NCBI RefSeq assembly: GCF_004010195.1
Contig: NC_057718.1
Location: forward strand, 6,238,857-6,302,856
Length of the DNA stretch: 64,000 nt
Direction: 5' to 3'
Source: Chiloscyllium plagiosum
Taxonomy: Eukaryota
Every line of letters starts with the position of its first letter. The stretch's first letter is position 1. Under the pieces are notes generated by a model. It was not told the origin of the DNA and made no database searches. It saw only the letters and a program-made list of their open reading frames with translations. Both the position numbers and the translations under genes were made by a program. Positions 40,801-53,398 of the stretch are shown piece after piece.

Positions 40801-42421
40801 TGAAGAAGTGGTTCCTGTGTGCAGACAATGGTCTGTTCCTTTGTCCGTCACTGGTGGTGTCCCCAGGAATAATCTTCATCCGAATGTTCAAGGTGGGAGT
40901 TGCCAAAGCAGCCTTTACAGTCTTGCAGCTGGTTGTGTTGGACATTGCCTCATGCTGTTTCCTAGAATTTGCATCAGAGAAGGTTCTGCAGCTTTAGCCT
41001 CAGTTCCTCCTTTGAAAATCCAAATCAAAGAATGGTACAGTGGACAACAAATCTGTACTGCCAAAGCTATATTCACACTAGTCCCACTTTTCTGCAGTGG
41101 GCCTATAGCCTTGAATGTTATGACACTTCAAGTGTACTTACAAAAGATTGTGAGGTTTCCTGCCCTCCCAGGCAGTACATTCCAAATCCTCACCGCCCTC
41201 AGGGTGACAATTTTCTTTCCCCAAATCCCCTTGAAACCCTAGGCCTTTCACCAACACCGAATGTTGCACTTTGTCAAGCTGTTCATGCCATTCACACACA
41301 CAATGACACACCCCTGGTAAATCTGAATTGATATGTTTTAATTAAAGTGATTCCCTGCTGAGAGAAAAAGAGCATGATTCTATAAGATTAGACGGATTTG
41401 CAAGCCCGCAATTGCTCCTGCTGATTAAAGGGAAAATAAATCATTTCTAAACAATTCCCAAATGTTGGCAAACCACAATTAAACATTTCAAAATCTTCCA
41501 CATCCTGCCACTATCTCAGTGACCGAAGGATTTTGTAGTCATGACTTCAGCCCTGAAGCAACCACTGGTTGGCATGTTTATTTATGTGCTCAATCAGGGA
41601 GGGTACACTTTTGGTAAATAAGAAAAAAACTGTTTCCACTGGCGGGGGAGGGTCCACAGATTTCACTTGGTTAGCAAAAGATGTTCTTATCATCTGGGAT
41701 GAACTTCAATAGATAAAAACAAAGGGAATTAATGGGAAGAAATGTAGGACTGTATGGGTGAATGAGTCTAACTGGTTAACTAGACTTCCTGCGCAGTATC
41801 ATCCTATAAAATTTATGGCCAGTGTTGGGAGCAATTTAATAAATTTACTATAAAACATCAGTGTTCTGTTTAATTATAACATGAAACATTTAGTGCTTTT
41901 TCGTCAGTGGCAGCACAACAGTACAGCAATGTCATTGAAACTTTTCCTTTGATTTCTGTATCAGTGGTTTGTCATAAACATTTTGGATAAAATATCTTAC
42001 TTCAATATGGGACCCACAAAAGGAAAACTCAGTCTTTTTTGCATTAATTAGAACAAGCCACATTTATATCATTTCAATGAGGATTTTCCAAAAACGTAAG
42101 TTTAAGTCAAACAACACGACTGTTTTGATTCTCCATTTAACCAGTGGCTTTGGAGGAGGTGGGTCTTGCCTTTTTAGGTCATTAATTGCAGTCAGGGAGG
42201 GTGAGTGCACTTTGTTGCCAAGTGGAGCATCTCCAATTTGCTGTAAATCCGGTGGTCCTGTCTAAGTACATTGACAAACAATCTGCACTTCTTATCTGAC
42301 AAAACTGAAAGGACTAATGTGAATTTTTCAGTGTTTGGGTTTAGACACTATTAAGTGTGGTTGCATAAAGATATTGCCAATTAGAACAGAAGTCTAAAAA
42401 GACTGATAGGTTCCTTTCTGC

Positions 42422-42755
42422 ACATAGAATCCCTACTGTGTAGAAGCAGGCCATTTGGCCCATTGAGTCCACCCTAATTCTCTGAAGATCCAGACCCCAC
42501 CCATCCCTGTAACTCTGCATTTCCCATGCCTAACCCATCAAGCCTGCATATCCCTGAACACTACGGGCAATTTAGCATGGCCAATCCACCTAACCTGCAC
42601 ATCTTTGGATTGTGGGAGAAAACAAGAGCACCTAGAGGAAATGCACACAGACACAGGTAGAACGTGCAAACTCCACACAGTCACCCAAGGCTGGAATCAA
42701 ACCTACTTCCCTGGTGTTGTGAGGTAGCAGTGCTAACCACTGAGGCACTGTGCCC
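42422..42755 (-). mobile_element. V-SINE (HE1-like)
   Basis: Head, core and tail match the other copies. Confidence 0.8.
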
Positions 42756-43688
42756 CTAATCATTGCCTAATCTGATGCATAACACACCAAGTTATCAATT
42801 CCGTAAAGACCTATCCAAATTCATGTCATTTTCTCCTAAATATAAAGTTTAATCTAAAGGACTCATATTTCAATAATATTTAATACAATGCAGTAATGCA
42901 TTTCATGCTGCTTTAATATAAAGTGTGACCAAAACAAACAGACAGGAAAAAGGTAATCTGAAGGATCGAGAATGTGAAATTTTTAGTGGAATGTGTGGTG
43001 ATAAAATTATTTTACTGTGTACTGGTGACATTGTAAATACTGTGGAAAGATCCATTCTTGTCTGTATTTCGAATAACTTTGCAAGGATTTGTAAATCTAA
43101 AGAAAATCAATTCATTGCATTAGTGATTTTGCTTTTACAGTAGGTGCTATGGATAGACTTTTCTCATGATATCCATATGCTGAGAAAAGAAAAATAAATT
43201 AAAGCATAATTATTAAATCATTATCTGAATAAAATCATTAGCATTTCATAGTTGAATATATACTTTGAATAGAAAAGCTGAATCCATGTAGTGACTGAAT
43301 TCCACTCGAATAATTCTCAGTTCTGATGTGATAGACAAATAAAACCAAACACTTATTAAAGCAATAATATAAATGTATTCCTGTGGGCTTTTAGATAACC
43401 TGTTAAGAATAAATAAATTATTAATAGAAAACAGCAGCCAAAATCAGATAAGCATGACAATAAATATAGATTGATCTCTTAATAACAAGGGTTTCATGGA
43501 GAACCTATTGAGAGAAAGGGTAAGTTTTATTTACACTCAATCTCCAGGAGGATTATATTTCCCGGGAAATGAATCCAAAACAATCACTAGGAAAATAGAA
43601 GGAGCTGATCATCATTCTGGAGTAGCTCATGTGCACTGCTCCTGGACCACTTCTGTGCAGGAGTTGCTGAACAGGAATGAGAGATTAC

Positions 43689-43761
43689 CTTGAGCTTCCA
43701 CCGAGGGGGCAGATAGAGCTGCGAGGAGAGCAGCAACTGCTAGGCATAGCCTACTCTTCAT
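43689..43761 (-). CDS. COL12A1: Collagen XII alpha-1 type, coding exon 1 (signal peptide MKSRLCLAVAALLAALSAPSVEAQ)
   Basis: ATG at 43761, 24 codons plus 1 nt, then donor G|gtaatc. Hydrophobic signal peptide resembling the collagen XII N-terminus. Acceptor ttttcag| at 43797 gives 35 nt of 5'UTR (exon 43689-43796). Not in the ORF track. Confidence 0.93.
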
Positions 43762-43899
43762 TTTCACTCGTTGGATTCACAAGTGCATGAATGAATCTGA
43801 AAAGAGAATAGAAACACTCAACAGTGGTGTTGTGAAGAGAACAAATCAGATTTAAGAATGGGCTCAGTTCACTGGAAGCTGTGACTTACTGAACGGTAA

Positions 43900-44245
43900 T
43901 ACACAAACAGGTACACAGGCAAACATACATATGTAGCCACACGCACAAACGCAAAGGCAGACACACATTCACAAATATGTGCAGTCAAACACAGGCAGAC
44001 ACACACACACATTGGAGAAACATGCAAAGGCATACATGCCCGTATAAACACACAAACAGAAAGACACACTGTCTCAAATGCTCACATGTACAAAAACACA
44101 TGCAACAACAATCAACATGCCCACAGATACACAAATTCAGAACTATTCATACACATATGCGTGAAAACTTACAGATAAACCGAAACTCTCAGGAACACAC
44201 ATGAAATGCTTACACACACAAATACTCACTCATGCATGTACACAA
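43900..44245. repeat. Degenerate (CA)n-rich tract
   Basis: Visible CA-rich low-complexity run; a mirror TG-rich tract lies at about 11260-11540. Confidence 0.75.
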
Positions 44246-44953
44246 TTAAACAGCCTAATAAGGTTCATATCCTCTGTTCACATTTGCCTTGGACTCCAGA
44301 ATGTAACAATCATTACTTGACATCAGAAGAACAATTTCAACTTGAGGCAAAAGAAGTTGGATAGAAGAAGAAAAAGTTCATATCACTTAAGACCTCAAGT
44401 AAAACTAGTGCCTCACTTTTCCATGTGGAATTAAATGCAAAAGATTTGTTTAGGTCTGGAACTTATTTTCTTTATTCATTTATGGGATGAGAGCATCACT
44501 TACTAGGCAGCATTTATTGCCTAGAGGGCAGTTAAGAGTCAACGTGGGTCTGGAGTCACATGTCCGCCAGATCAGGCAAGGACAGGAGTTGCTTTCTCTA
44601 AGGGATATTAGTGACGCAAATGGGATTTTCGAGCAATTGATTCATGGTCATCATTAGACTCTTCACTCCAGGTTTCCCTTTTTATTAAATTCAAATCCTA
44701 CTATCTGCTGTGGTAGGATTTGAGCCCAGGTCCCTCAAAACATTATCTGGGTCTCTGGCTCAATAGGCCATCACCTCCCCTTTAACCAATTTACTGTTGC
44801 AGCTAAGTGAAAGCTTTAGGCATTAAATTACTGTGGTCAAAAGGGCTGCACTAATTGTTAATTGGTGCATCCCAGATTACATTATGTATGAGCTGAAAAT
44901 GTGTTGCTGGAAAAGCGCAGCAGGTCAGGCAGCATCCAAGGAACAGGAGAATC

Positions 44954-44981
44954 GACGTTTCGGGCATAAGCCCTTCTTCAG
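44954..44981 (-). ncRNA. Minimal hammerhead ribozyme core, family A, intact
   Basis: Minus strand reads CTGAAGA-A-GGGC-TTAT-GCCC-GAAA-CGTC. Confidence 0.7.
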
Positions 44982-45072
44982 GATCTGATCTCCAGCATCT
45001 GCAGCCCTCACTTTCTCTCTACATTATGTATGAGTCAGGTTCTGCTTGTGTGCAAACAATTCATAGTCTGCA

Positions 45073-45100
45073 CTGAAGAAGGGCTAATGCCCGAAACGTC
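45073..45100 (+). ncRNA. Minimal hammerhead ribozyme core, family A, intact
   Basis: CTGAAGA-A-GGGC-TAAT-GCCC-GAAA-CGTC. Confidence 0.7.
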
Positions 45101-45929
45101 GATTCTCCTGTTCCCTAGATGCTGCCTGACCTGCTGCGCTTCTCCAGCAACACATTTCCATCCATAGTCTGCACTGTCTCACCTGGGGACTGATAGCTCG
45201 TAGTGTTCTGAATTGTTCTTGGAAAGGAAGGTCCTGAGTGCAGAACCATTATCTCAGGAAAGTAAAACAGTAATAGCAACCACCACGTCTCTGACATTTC
45301 ATAATATGTAATTTACCATGTGTACTGTTGTATGTGAGTGGCTGCACAGGCACATCCAAGTTAAGGAGTTGCATATACATGGATGTCAATGCATAAAAGA
45401 AGATCTTGCATTTGTGTAAAACAAACGCAGTAAATGAGAAACTCAGCATGTCTGGCAGCATCTGTGGAGAGAGAAACAGAATTAACGTTTTAAGTCCAAT
45501 ATGATGTCTTCAGACCAGACTTGAAAACAGTAACTTCTTTTTTCACACCACAGATACTTCCAGACCTCCTCAGTTTCTCCAGCATTCTCTGTGTTTGTTT
45601 CAGATTTACAGCATCTGCATTATTTTGCTTTTATTCATGAATTTATATAGCCATTTTCAGACCACAACCCCCCTTACAACCAATGAGATATTTCTGATGT
45701 GCAGTCAATGTTGCAATTTAGCAAACAGGGGGTGGCAGGGTGGCTCAGTGGTTAGCATTGTTGCCTCACAGCGCCAGGGACCCAGGTTTGATTCCACCCT
45801 TTATGGAGTTTGCACATTCTCCCTGTGTCTGTATGGGTTTCTGCTCCAGTTTCTTCCCATGGTCCAAAGGTGTGCAAGTTAGGTGGATTTGCCATGCTAA
45901 ATTGCCCATAGTGTCCAGGGACGTGTAGG

Positions 45930-46215
45930 TCAGCCATGGGAAATTTACACACAGCAAGCTCCCAGAATAAGCTCCCACATATAGTAACATAACAATGGCT
46001 AAGCAATCTGTTTTCAATAATGTTGTTTTGGGAATCAATATTAGTAAGAATTCCTCTATACTTTTTCAAATAAAGCAATGGGATCTTTTACATCCAACTG
46101 AGAGGACAACCAGGGCTTCGTTTTAATCTCTCAACTGAAAGATGGCACCTCTGACAGTGCAGCACTACCGGAGTCATGCTGAATTATGAACTCAATGTTG
46201 GGGCTGGGAACTTAC
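45930..46215 (-). mobile_element. Deu-core SINE remnant (SacSINE1-like)
   Basis: Contains tgaaagatggcacctctgacagtgcagcact, which I recognise as the DeuSINE core in reverse; a similar remnant lies near 3000-3200. Confidence 0.55.
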
Positions 46216-49200
46216 GGAACAGCAGTGAGTCCATCCCTCCATCAGAACTTGGAGAGAAACCTTGCTTCAGCTAACCATGGAGACACAGGCTATAAGTTAT
46301 GTTCCCCAGGCCTGCACTAGAGGATGTGATCCCCCAAAGGCTGCTGGACAATTGCAACACTTCAGTTCTTTTCAGTCTCACTTAGAGCAGTGGCCATTGC
46401 AGGAATTGCAACAGACCAGAGAGTGGTGAATCGATGGAATTCACTGCCACAGAAGGCTGTAGAGGCCAGGTCATTGAGTGTATTTAAGACAGAGATAGAT
46501 AGGTTCTTGAGTATCAAGTGGATCAAGGAGAGAAAGTGGGAGAATGGGATTGAGAAACCTATCAGCCATGATTGAATGGCGGAGCAGACTCAACAGGTTG
46601 AATGGCCCAATTTCTGCCCCTACGTCTTATGGTCATAAGATGTAGAAGCCAAGTATGTGGAGTTCACAGAAGCCAATCAGGCTGGCAATGAACTGGAAAT
46701 GGGAGAATGGTGAGTTTGGGGGAGAGGAGTGGCCAGATTGGTTCTGCGACCAGGGTTGTCTTTCAATGGGCAGAGACGTTGGCAAGGGCCACACAAACAG
46801 GAGCCCATGAGGAGGCTTACCCGTCAGTCTTCACATGTGGAACAGTGCCCGTCAGTGCTGGTGCTGGCTGTGTACAGGCTTCGATTGGACCCTGATATAC
46901 GTGAGGCCATCTGCCACTTACAACATTGCTGTTAAATGCCAGCAGCAAGACAACCATCATCAACCATTCCTGATGATTTTACACACAGCTCCTTCCAGAA
47001 AGCACACTCTTTAGGACTCTGTAAAACTAAGACACTGGGGTGGATCAAGAACCTTCTACCTTCAGGCTCAGAGATGATAGCACTGCCCATTGAGCCGAGT
47101 AGCACTGATGCCTGAACGTAACCACTGTATTCATGGTATCCCATCAGAATAAATAGTTCTCCCAGTGGTTAGGCTATCTTCCAACTCAAAGGGAGAGTAA
47201 ATGTCCCCTGGATCTTGAGGTATGCATGGTGGTGATACATCACCAGAGTAGCTATACCTAACTAATAATGTAATGAGTAAAAAAAATGCTATCCAGTCAA
47301 GAAAATAATGTATTTGTTTACCATGGTGATAAGCAGGGCCTGATAGTGAAAATCCTAAAGATAGCGACTGTAATGTTACTGTTGGCAACTTTATGTATAG
47401 ATTTATTTAAAACCACTCTTATCCATGATGTAACCTCTGCATATTATCATTATTATGTTCAAATCCCTCCATTACCTTAACCCTCCCAATCTCTATGACT
47501 TTCTCTGGCCCTACAACTGCAAGTGAACAATGATTTTTTTTTAAATTCTGGTCTCCTGCATGTTCATGATTTTTGTTAATCCACCCTTGGCTGCGTGCCT
47601 TCAGCTGTCTGGGCATGAAGCTCTGCAATTTCCTCCCTAATTATTATCTCCACCTTTCTGCTTTCTTTAAAGCTGATCTCTTTGAACTAGCTCTAGGCTG
47701 TCTCTATCTCCCTCTTTTGTTCACTGTCAATTTTGTGTCTGACTGCACTTTTGTGATGTCCCTTTGAAAGTTTTGCTACTTGAGAAACATTTAGGGACTT
47801 TTGGCCTGAATAGCCGACCTTCGCTTTTATGTCTTCTGGGCTTATAATGAAGGGAACTAAAGGGTATGGAGTTAAGATAGGAATTTGGAGCTGAGGATTA
47901 TCAGTGTACCCATGATCTTCTTGAATGAAGGAGCAGACTTGATGGGCTGAATGGCCTATTTCTGCACCTACATCTTATGGTCTATCTAAATGTGATTTGT
48001 TGCTGTTGTTCTAACTGATCAGTGCCCCAGTCATTGCCTCTTCACAGATGAAATATCTGTTATAAACAGTTTACTTGATTGAATAGGACTTGAATTTTGC
48101 TGAAAATAAAGACATGTTGCCAAAGCTTCTCATCTTGAATTCATCAAGTCAAATACAAGAATGCCAAATTTCAAACAATCAGGCAACAAACAAAGGACAT
48201 AGTCTCAGGATAAGCATTTAAGACTGTGGTGAGGAAGAATTTCCTCACTGAAATGGCAGTGAATTTTTGGAATTCCATATCTTAGAGGACATCACATCAT
48301 TGAGTATCTTCAAGACTGTGATCAATGTATTTCTATGTATTAAATATAGCAAGTGCTAGGTGGGTAACTCAGGAAAGTGGAGTTGAGTTAAAAGATCAGC
48401 CATAAACTGATTGATTGGCAGAGCAGGTTTGAGAGGCCAAATGCCCTATTCTTGCTCCTATTTCCTGTGATCACAGTAATATATAATATGAGAACAAGGT
48501 GCTGATTGGTTGACAAGTCAACTGTGATCATGCTCATACAACTTAAAACAAATTATACACTGCTTGATGAGATTCTGTGATTAGGCAGGACTTGCTGAAC
48601 AATCCTAAGTACGCTGATAGATAGTAACACTAACTTCCAATTGAAGATAATCATTTGAGCTCATAGTGTGTCTAAATTACGCTTGCTAGAGGTAACATAT
48701 TAAGTGATACAAAGGGACCAATTCTCTGCAAACAAACAGAATCTAGCAAAAGCAAAAAAAGCAAAACTCAACAGGTCTGGCAGCATTAATGTTTTGGATC
48801 CAATGCGCTTCTGTCAGTTCTGTAGAAGAGTCACTGGACCCAAAATATTAACATTGCTTTCATCCACAGATGCTGCCAAACCTGCAGAATTTCTCCAGCA
48901 ATTTCTATTATTGTTTCAGACTTCCAGATCCACAGTTCTTTGCTTCAATTCAGGCAGAGTGCCTGAAGGGTGGAGAGATGGCCTTTGGGCACTCTTCCTG
49001 TATTCCTGATGAAGGGCTTTTGCCCGAAATGTCAATTTTCCTGCTCCTTGGGATGCTGTCTGAACTGCTGTGCTTTTCCAGCACCACTCTAATCTCGACT
49101 CTGGTTTCCAGCATCTGCAGTCATTGTTTTTACTGAATTACCCAGGAGCTTGGGGAGCCTCTAGGTTCCCATTGTTCTCTCCACAGCAGTACCTGTGTCA

Positions 49201-50499
49201 ATCAGAGTCAACTTGGCAACCAGTTAGCACAGTTTTCTCATGTAAATTGGTGTGATCACTTGACATTTTAAATTTTTGCATTGGTCCTGATGAAGACAAA
49301 TAATGTTTACAATATTTATTTCTTCTCTGTCTTTTCAGCAAGATACAAGACCTGTAAAATATATGTATTACAGTGCTAGACTCTACCACTTCTGTGTCAG
49401 TGCAGCCAGGTTTTGGATGCAGTTCAACATTAGAATGAAAGCAGAAGTCTTGATTTGAATTCCAAGGACATTGAAGCTGAGAGGTTGGTTGAAATGGTTG
49501 GCTCAGTTCCCCTGGACACCTCCGCCAATGTGAATTGTAGCACAGCCATAATTTAATTGCATTGATAACTGGAGCATGGAAGCACTTTATAAACACTGTT
49601 GCTGCATGGTCATGCAGCCAGACAGATGTGATGCTCCTGCTCCACCAGTGCTCAATGTTACCAGCAGTACAAGCCGAGTTCTCATGGGATACTGTTGGGT
49701 CGTCAGCTGCATAACTATGATCTGCCAGCAATACATTGTGCAATACTCCAGATCAATAACCCAGGGCTTTGCTGCAGAGAAAAGAGTACATAATCCTGGC
49801 TAACATTCCCAGGACTATCAGAGGCATCATCACTCGTGTGAGCTGCTCTTCAGATAGATATCAAAAATCACTAGACAATACTTGACAACAATGAAGATTT
49901 CTTTGGTTACAAGCCCAATTTTCATTCCTCCAACCTTATCATTAAAACAGATTAACTGTATTGATTGAATTTGTTGGTTGAGGGAGCTTGGGTCCTTATA
50001 TTTAAACATCACAACACTGACTACGTTTCCAATGCACAATGATCCAGCTAGCAGGAATGGTAAAGGATATGGGGCTCCCGAGTCTCCAGGATTGTCCCAG
50101 GAATCTCCAGTAAATCAAGTTTAATTTCCTGAACACTACAACATATCACTCAATGAGCCCAATGGAATGGAAGAGGTTAGGATATGCAATAAACAAAAAA
50201 ATGACTTCCACTTATATAACACTTCTAACATTGTAAACAACCCCGAGCCCAAGTGAAGAGGAAAGAAGGCAGAGTTTATATGTAAAAAACTCCTTGTCAA
50301 AATTTCAAAGAACAACAGTATATTTGCCCTGAACAACATTTACTCCCTTCAATTACATAACTAAAACTAACGTTCACATCATTATCATATTGCTATTTGT
50401 AAGAGCTTGCTGTGTATAAATTGACTTGCAGATATCCAACAATGGTGATTACACTTCAACAGTACATATAAGGAAGGGACTTTGGGATGTCCTAGGCAT

Positions 50500-50999
50500 N
50501 NNNNNNNNNNNNNNNNNNNNNNNNNNNNNNNNNNNNNNNNNNNNNNNNNNNNNNNNNNNNNNNNNNNNNNNNNNNNNNNNNNNNNNNNNNNNNNNNNNNN
50601 NNNNNNNNNNNNNNNNNNNNNNNNNNNNNNNNNNNNNNNNNNNNNNNNNNNNNNNNNNNNNNNNNNNNNNNNNNNNNNNNNNNNNNNNNNNNNNNNNNNN
50701 NNNNNNNNNNNNNNNNNNNNNNNNNNNNNNNNNNNNNNNNNNNNNNNNNNNNNNNNNNNNNNNNNNNNNNNNNNNNNNNNNNNNNNNNNNNNNNNNNNNN
50801 NNNNNNNNNNNNNNNNNNNNNNNNNNNNNNNNNNNNNNNNNNNNNNNNNNNNNNNNNNNNNNNNNNNNNNNNNNNNNNNNNNNNNNNNNNNNNNNNNNNN
50901 NNNNNNNNNNNNNNNNNNNNNNNNNNNNNNNNNNNNNNNNNNNNNNNNNNNNNNNNNNNNNNNNNNNNNNNNNNNNNNNNNNNNNNNNNNNNNNNNNNN
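50500..50999. other. Assembly gap (500 N)
   Basis: Run of N. Confidence 1.
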
Positions 51000-52287
51000 T
51001 AATCTTGTTACAACCAACTGAGTGGCTGGCTGGATAATAAAGTGGAACTAGTCCACCCTCCTGAGAGATTAATGGTTTGGAGTACCCCATTTGAAACCTG
51101 TTAAATGGGGAGAATATTGCTTAGGGTCTGATAAAACAAGTATCAGGCCTATCTTCATGTTAAGACTACTTGATCAGCTGATATGGCCATAACCGATTTC
51201 CTTTTGGGAAATTCCTATGCATTTGCACTCAATGCTATTTTCTTCAGTTAAGCAGTCTCCCTGAGACCTGTAAAAACAGCTGTTAAATTAGTTCACGCAT
51301 TACGTAACATGATGCCTAAAATGCATAGCTTCAATAGCCTGAATAATGTCCCTTCTACCTCCAGCCTTCTGTTTCTGGACAGAAATAGGAGTGGAAGTAA
51401 GGCCATTCAGCCCATCTAGTCCACTCCGCCATTCAATCATGGCTGATGGGCATTTCAATGCCACTTACCCACACTCTCCCTATATCCCTTAATTCCTTTC
51501 ATGATTAAGAATTTGTCAATCTCGGCCTTGAAGACATTTAGCATCCCAGCTTCCACTGCGCTCCGTGGCAGTGAGTTCTACAGGCCCAACACTTTCTGGT
51601 GAAAAAATGTCTCCTCATTTCCGTTCAAAATTGACACCCTCTAATTCTAAGGCTGTGCCCACGAGTCCGAGAAGGCCTGCCTGACAGAAACAATTTCCTA
51701 GCGCCCGCCCTTTCTAAACCAAGTTTTCTCTTTACTGACCCCTTCTTTTTCTATTGAAAAAGATTTTTATTCTTGACAAAATTATAAAATTATAATAAAA
51801 ATAGTATAACAACAGTAACAATAACTAGCTACTACTCTACAAAACAAGTCAGAAAAACAGAAAAATATCTACCCATACTATAATTCAATAAATAATTAAG
51901 CAAATTAAATTAAATTAAATTTGGTTAAATTAAATTACACCACTCAGTGCCATCCCACCGAAGCTCCCATATCATACCTGTATTTATTCAGGATTCTTCC
52001 TCTCAGGCACCCGGCCTGTCACTGACCCCTCCTAAGTTTGACAGGGTTTCTCCTCAGCCCTGACTGTTTGGAGACAATTAATAACAGAACCTCTGCTGTA
52101 ACGGATCGCTTCTCTCTGTGTGAACATGCTTTTCACCCTGATCTCTGTCTCTGACTCTCAGGTTGGTGTAAACCTCCAGTCAGTAAACATGCTAGCAACT
52201 ATCTCTCGTTTGGATTGTTGACCATTTAGTTTCTCTCTGTAATGCAGTTTTGAATTCACTGATCAAAACAATTTTCTGACGTTGGAA

Positions 52288-52753
52288 ATAGAACATAGAA
52301 CATAGAACATAGAACAATACAACGCAGTACAGGCCCTTTGGCCCTCGATGTTGCGCCGATCCAAGCCCACCTAACCTACACTAGCCCACTATCCTCCATA
52401 TGCCTATCCAATGCCCGCTTAAATGCCCATAAAGAGGGAGAGTCCACCACTGCTACTGGCAGGGCATACCATGAACTTACGACTCGCTGAGTGAAGAACC
52501 TACCCCTAACTTCAGTCCTATATCTACCCCCCCTTAATTTAAAGCTATGCCCCCTTGTAATACCCGACTCCATACGCGGGAAAAGGTTCACACTGTCAAC
52601 CCTATCTAACCCCCTAATCATCTTGCACACTTCTTTGAATACTGGGTGGCAACTTTCAAAGATCTGTGTACATGGACACCAAGATCCCTCTGCTCATCCA
52701 CACTACCAAGTATCCGACCATTAGCCCAGTACCCCATCTTTTTGTTACTCTTA
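52288..52753 (-). mobile_element. Young CR1-clade LINE 3' fragment
   Basis: Uninterrupted ORF2 C-terminus KMIRGLDRVD...TRGHSFKL...FFTQRVV, (ttctatg)n tail, many CpGs retained. Confidence 0.85.
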
Positions 52754-53070
52754 CTCAAGTCTATCTGCCTGATCTAATTGTGATCTAATATCCACTTTCC
52801 AAGGCTGCCATAACCCGTGACACCTTTTGTGATCAAATCATGTGATCACAATTGATCATTCTATCACAGAAATGTGATAGAAATGAAAGCTAGGCCTTCA
52901 CAGAACAGCAAATTACAATAAGTTTCCCTCCACTTTAGAATCCAAGGTAACAAATAACATTAATGTATTGTGAACAATCCTTAAACAACAAAGGAGAGAT
53001 GAGGAGGATTGTTTTGTAAGGGTCAAGGTGAGGTTAAGGCTCAGTAGTTGAATGAATTCTGCTTTGAATT

Positions 53071-53398
53071 CATAGAATCTCTACAGAGTGGAAACAGGCC
53101 ATTTGGCCCAACAAGTCCACACTGACCCTCTGAAGAGTGACTCCCCCAGACACATTCCCGATTACTCTACATTTACCCCTGACTAATTAACTTAATCTCC
53201 ACATCCCTGAGCACTATGTGCAATTTAGTACAGCCAATTCACCTAACCTGCACATCTCTGGGTTGGGGGAGGAAATAGGAGGAAACCCACACAGACACGG
53301 GGAGAATGTGCAAACTCCACACAGACAGTCACCTGAGGCGGGAAGCAAACCTGGGACCCTGGCACAGTGAGACAGCAGTGCTAACCACTGAGCCACCA
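53071..53398 (-). mobile_element. V-SINE (HE1-like)
   Basis: Head, core and tail match the other copies. Confidence 0.8.

Noticed and set aside
50385..51090. Four long ORFs in the ORF track
   Set aside because: They are artefacts of reading through the N gap.
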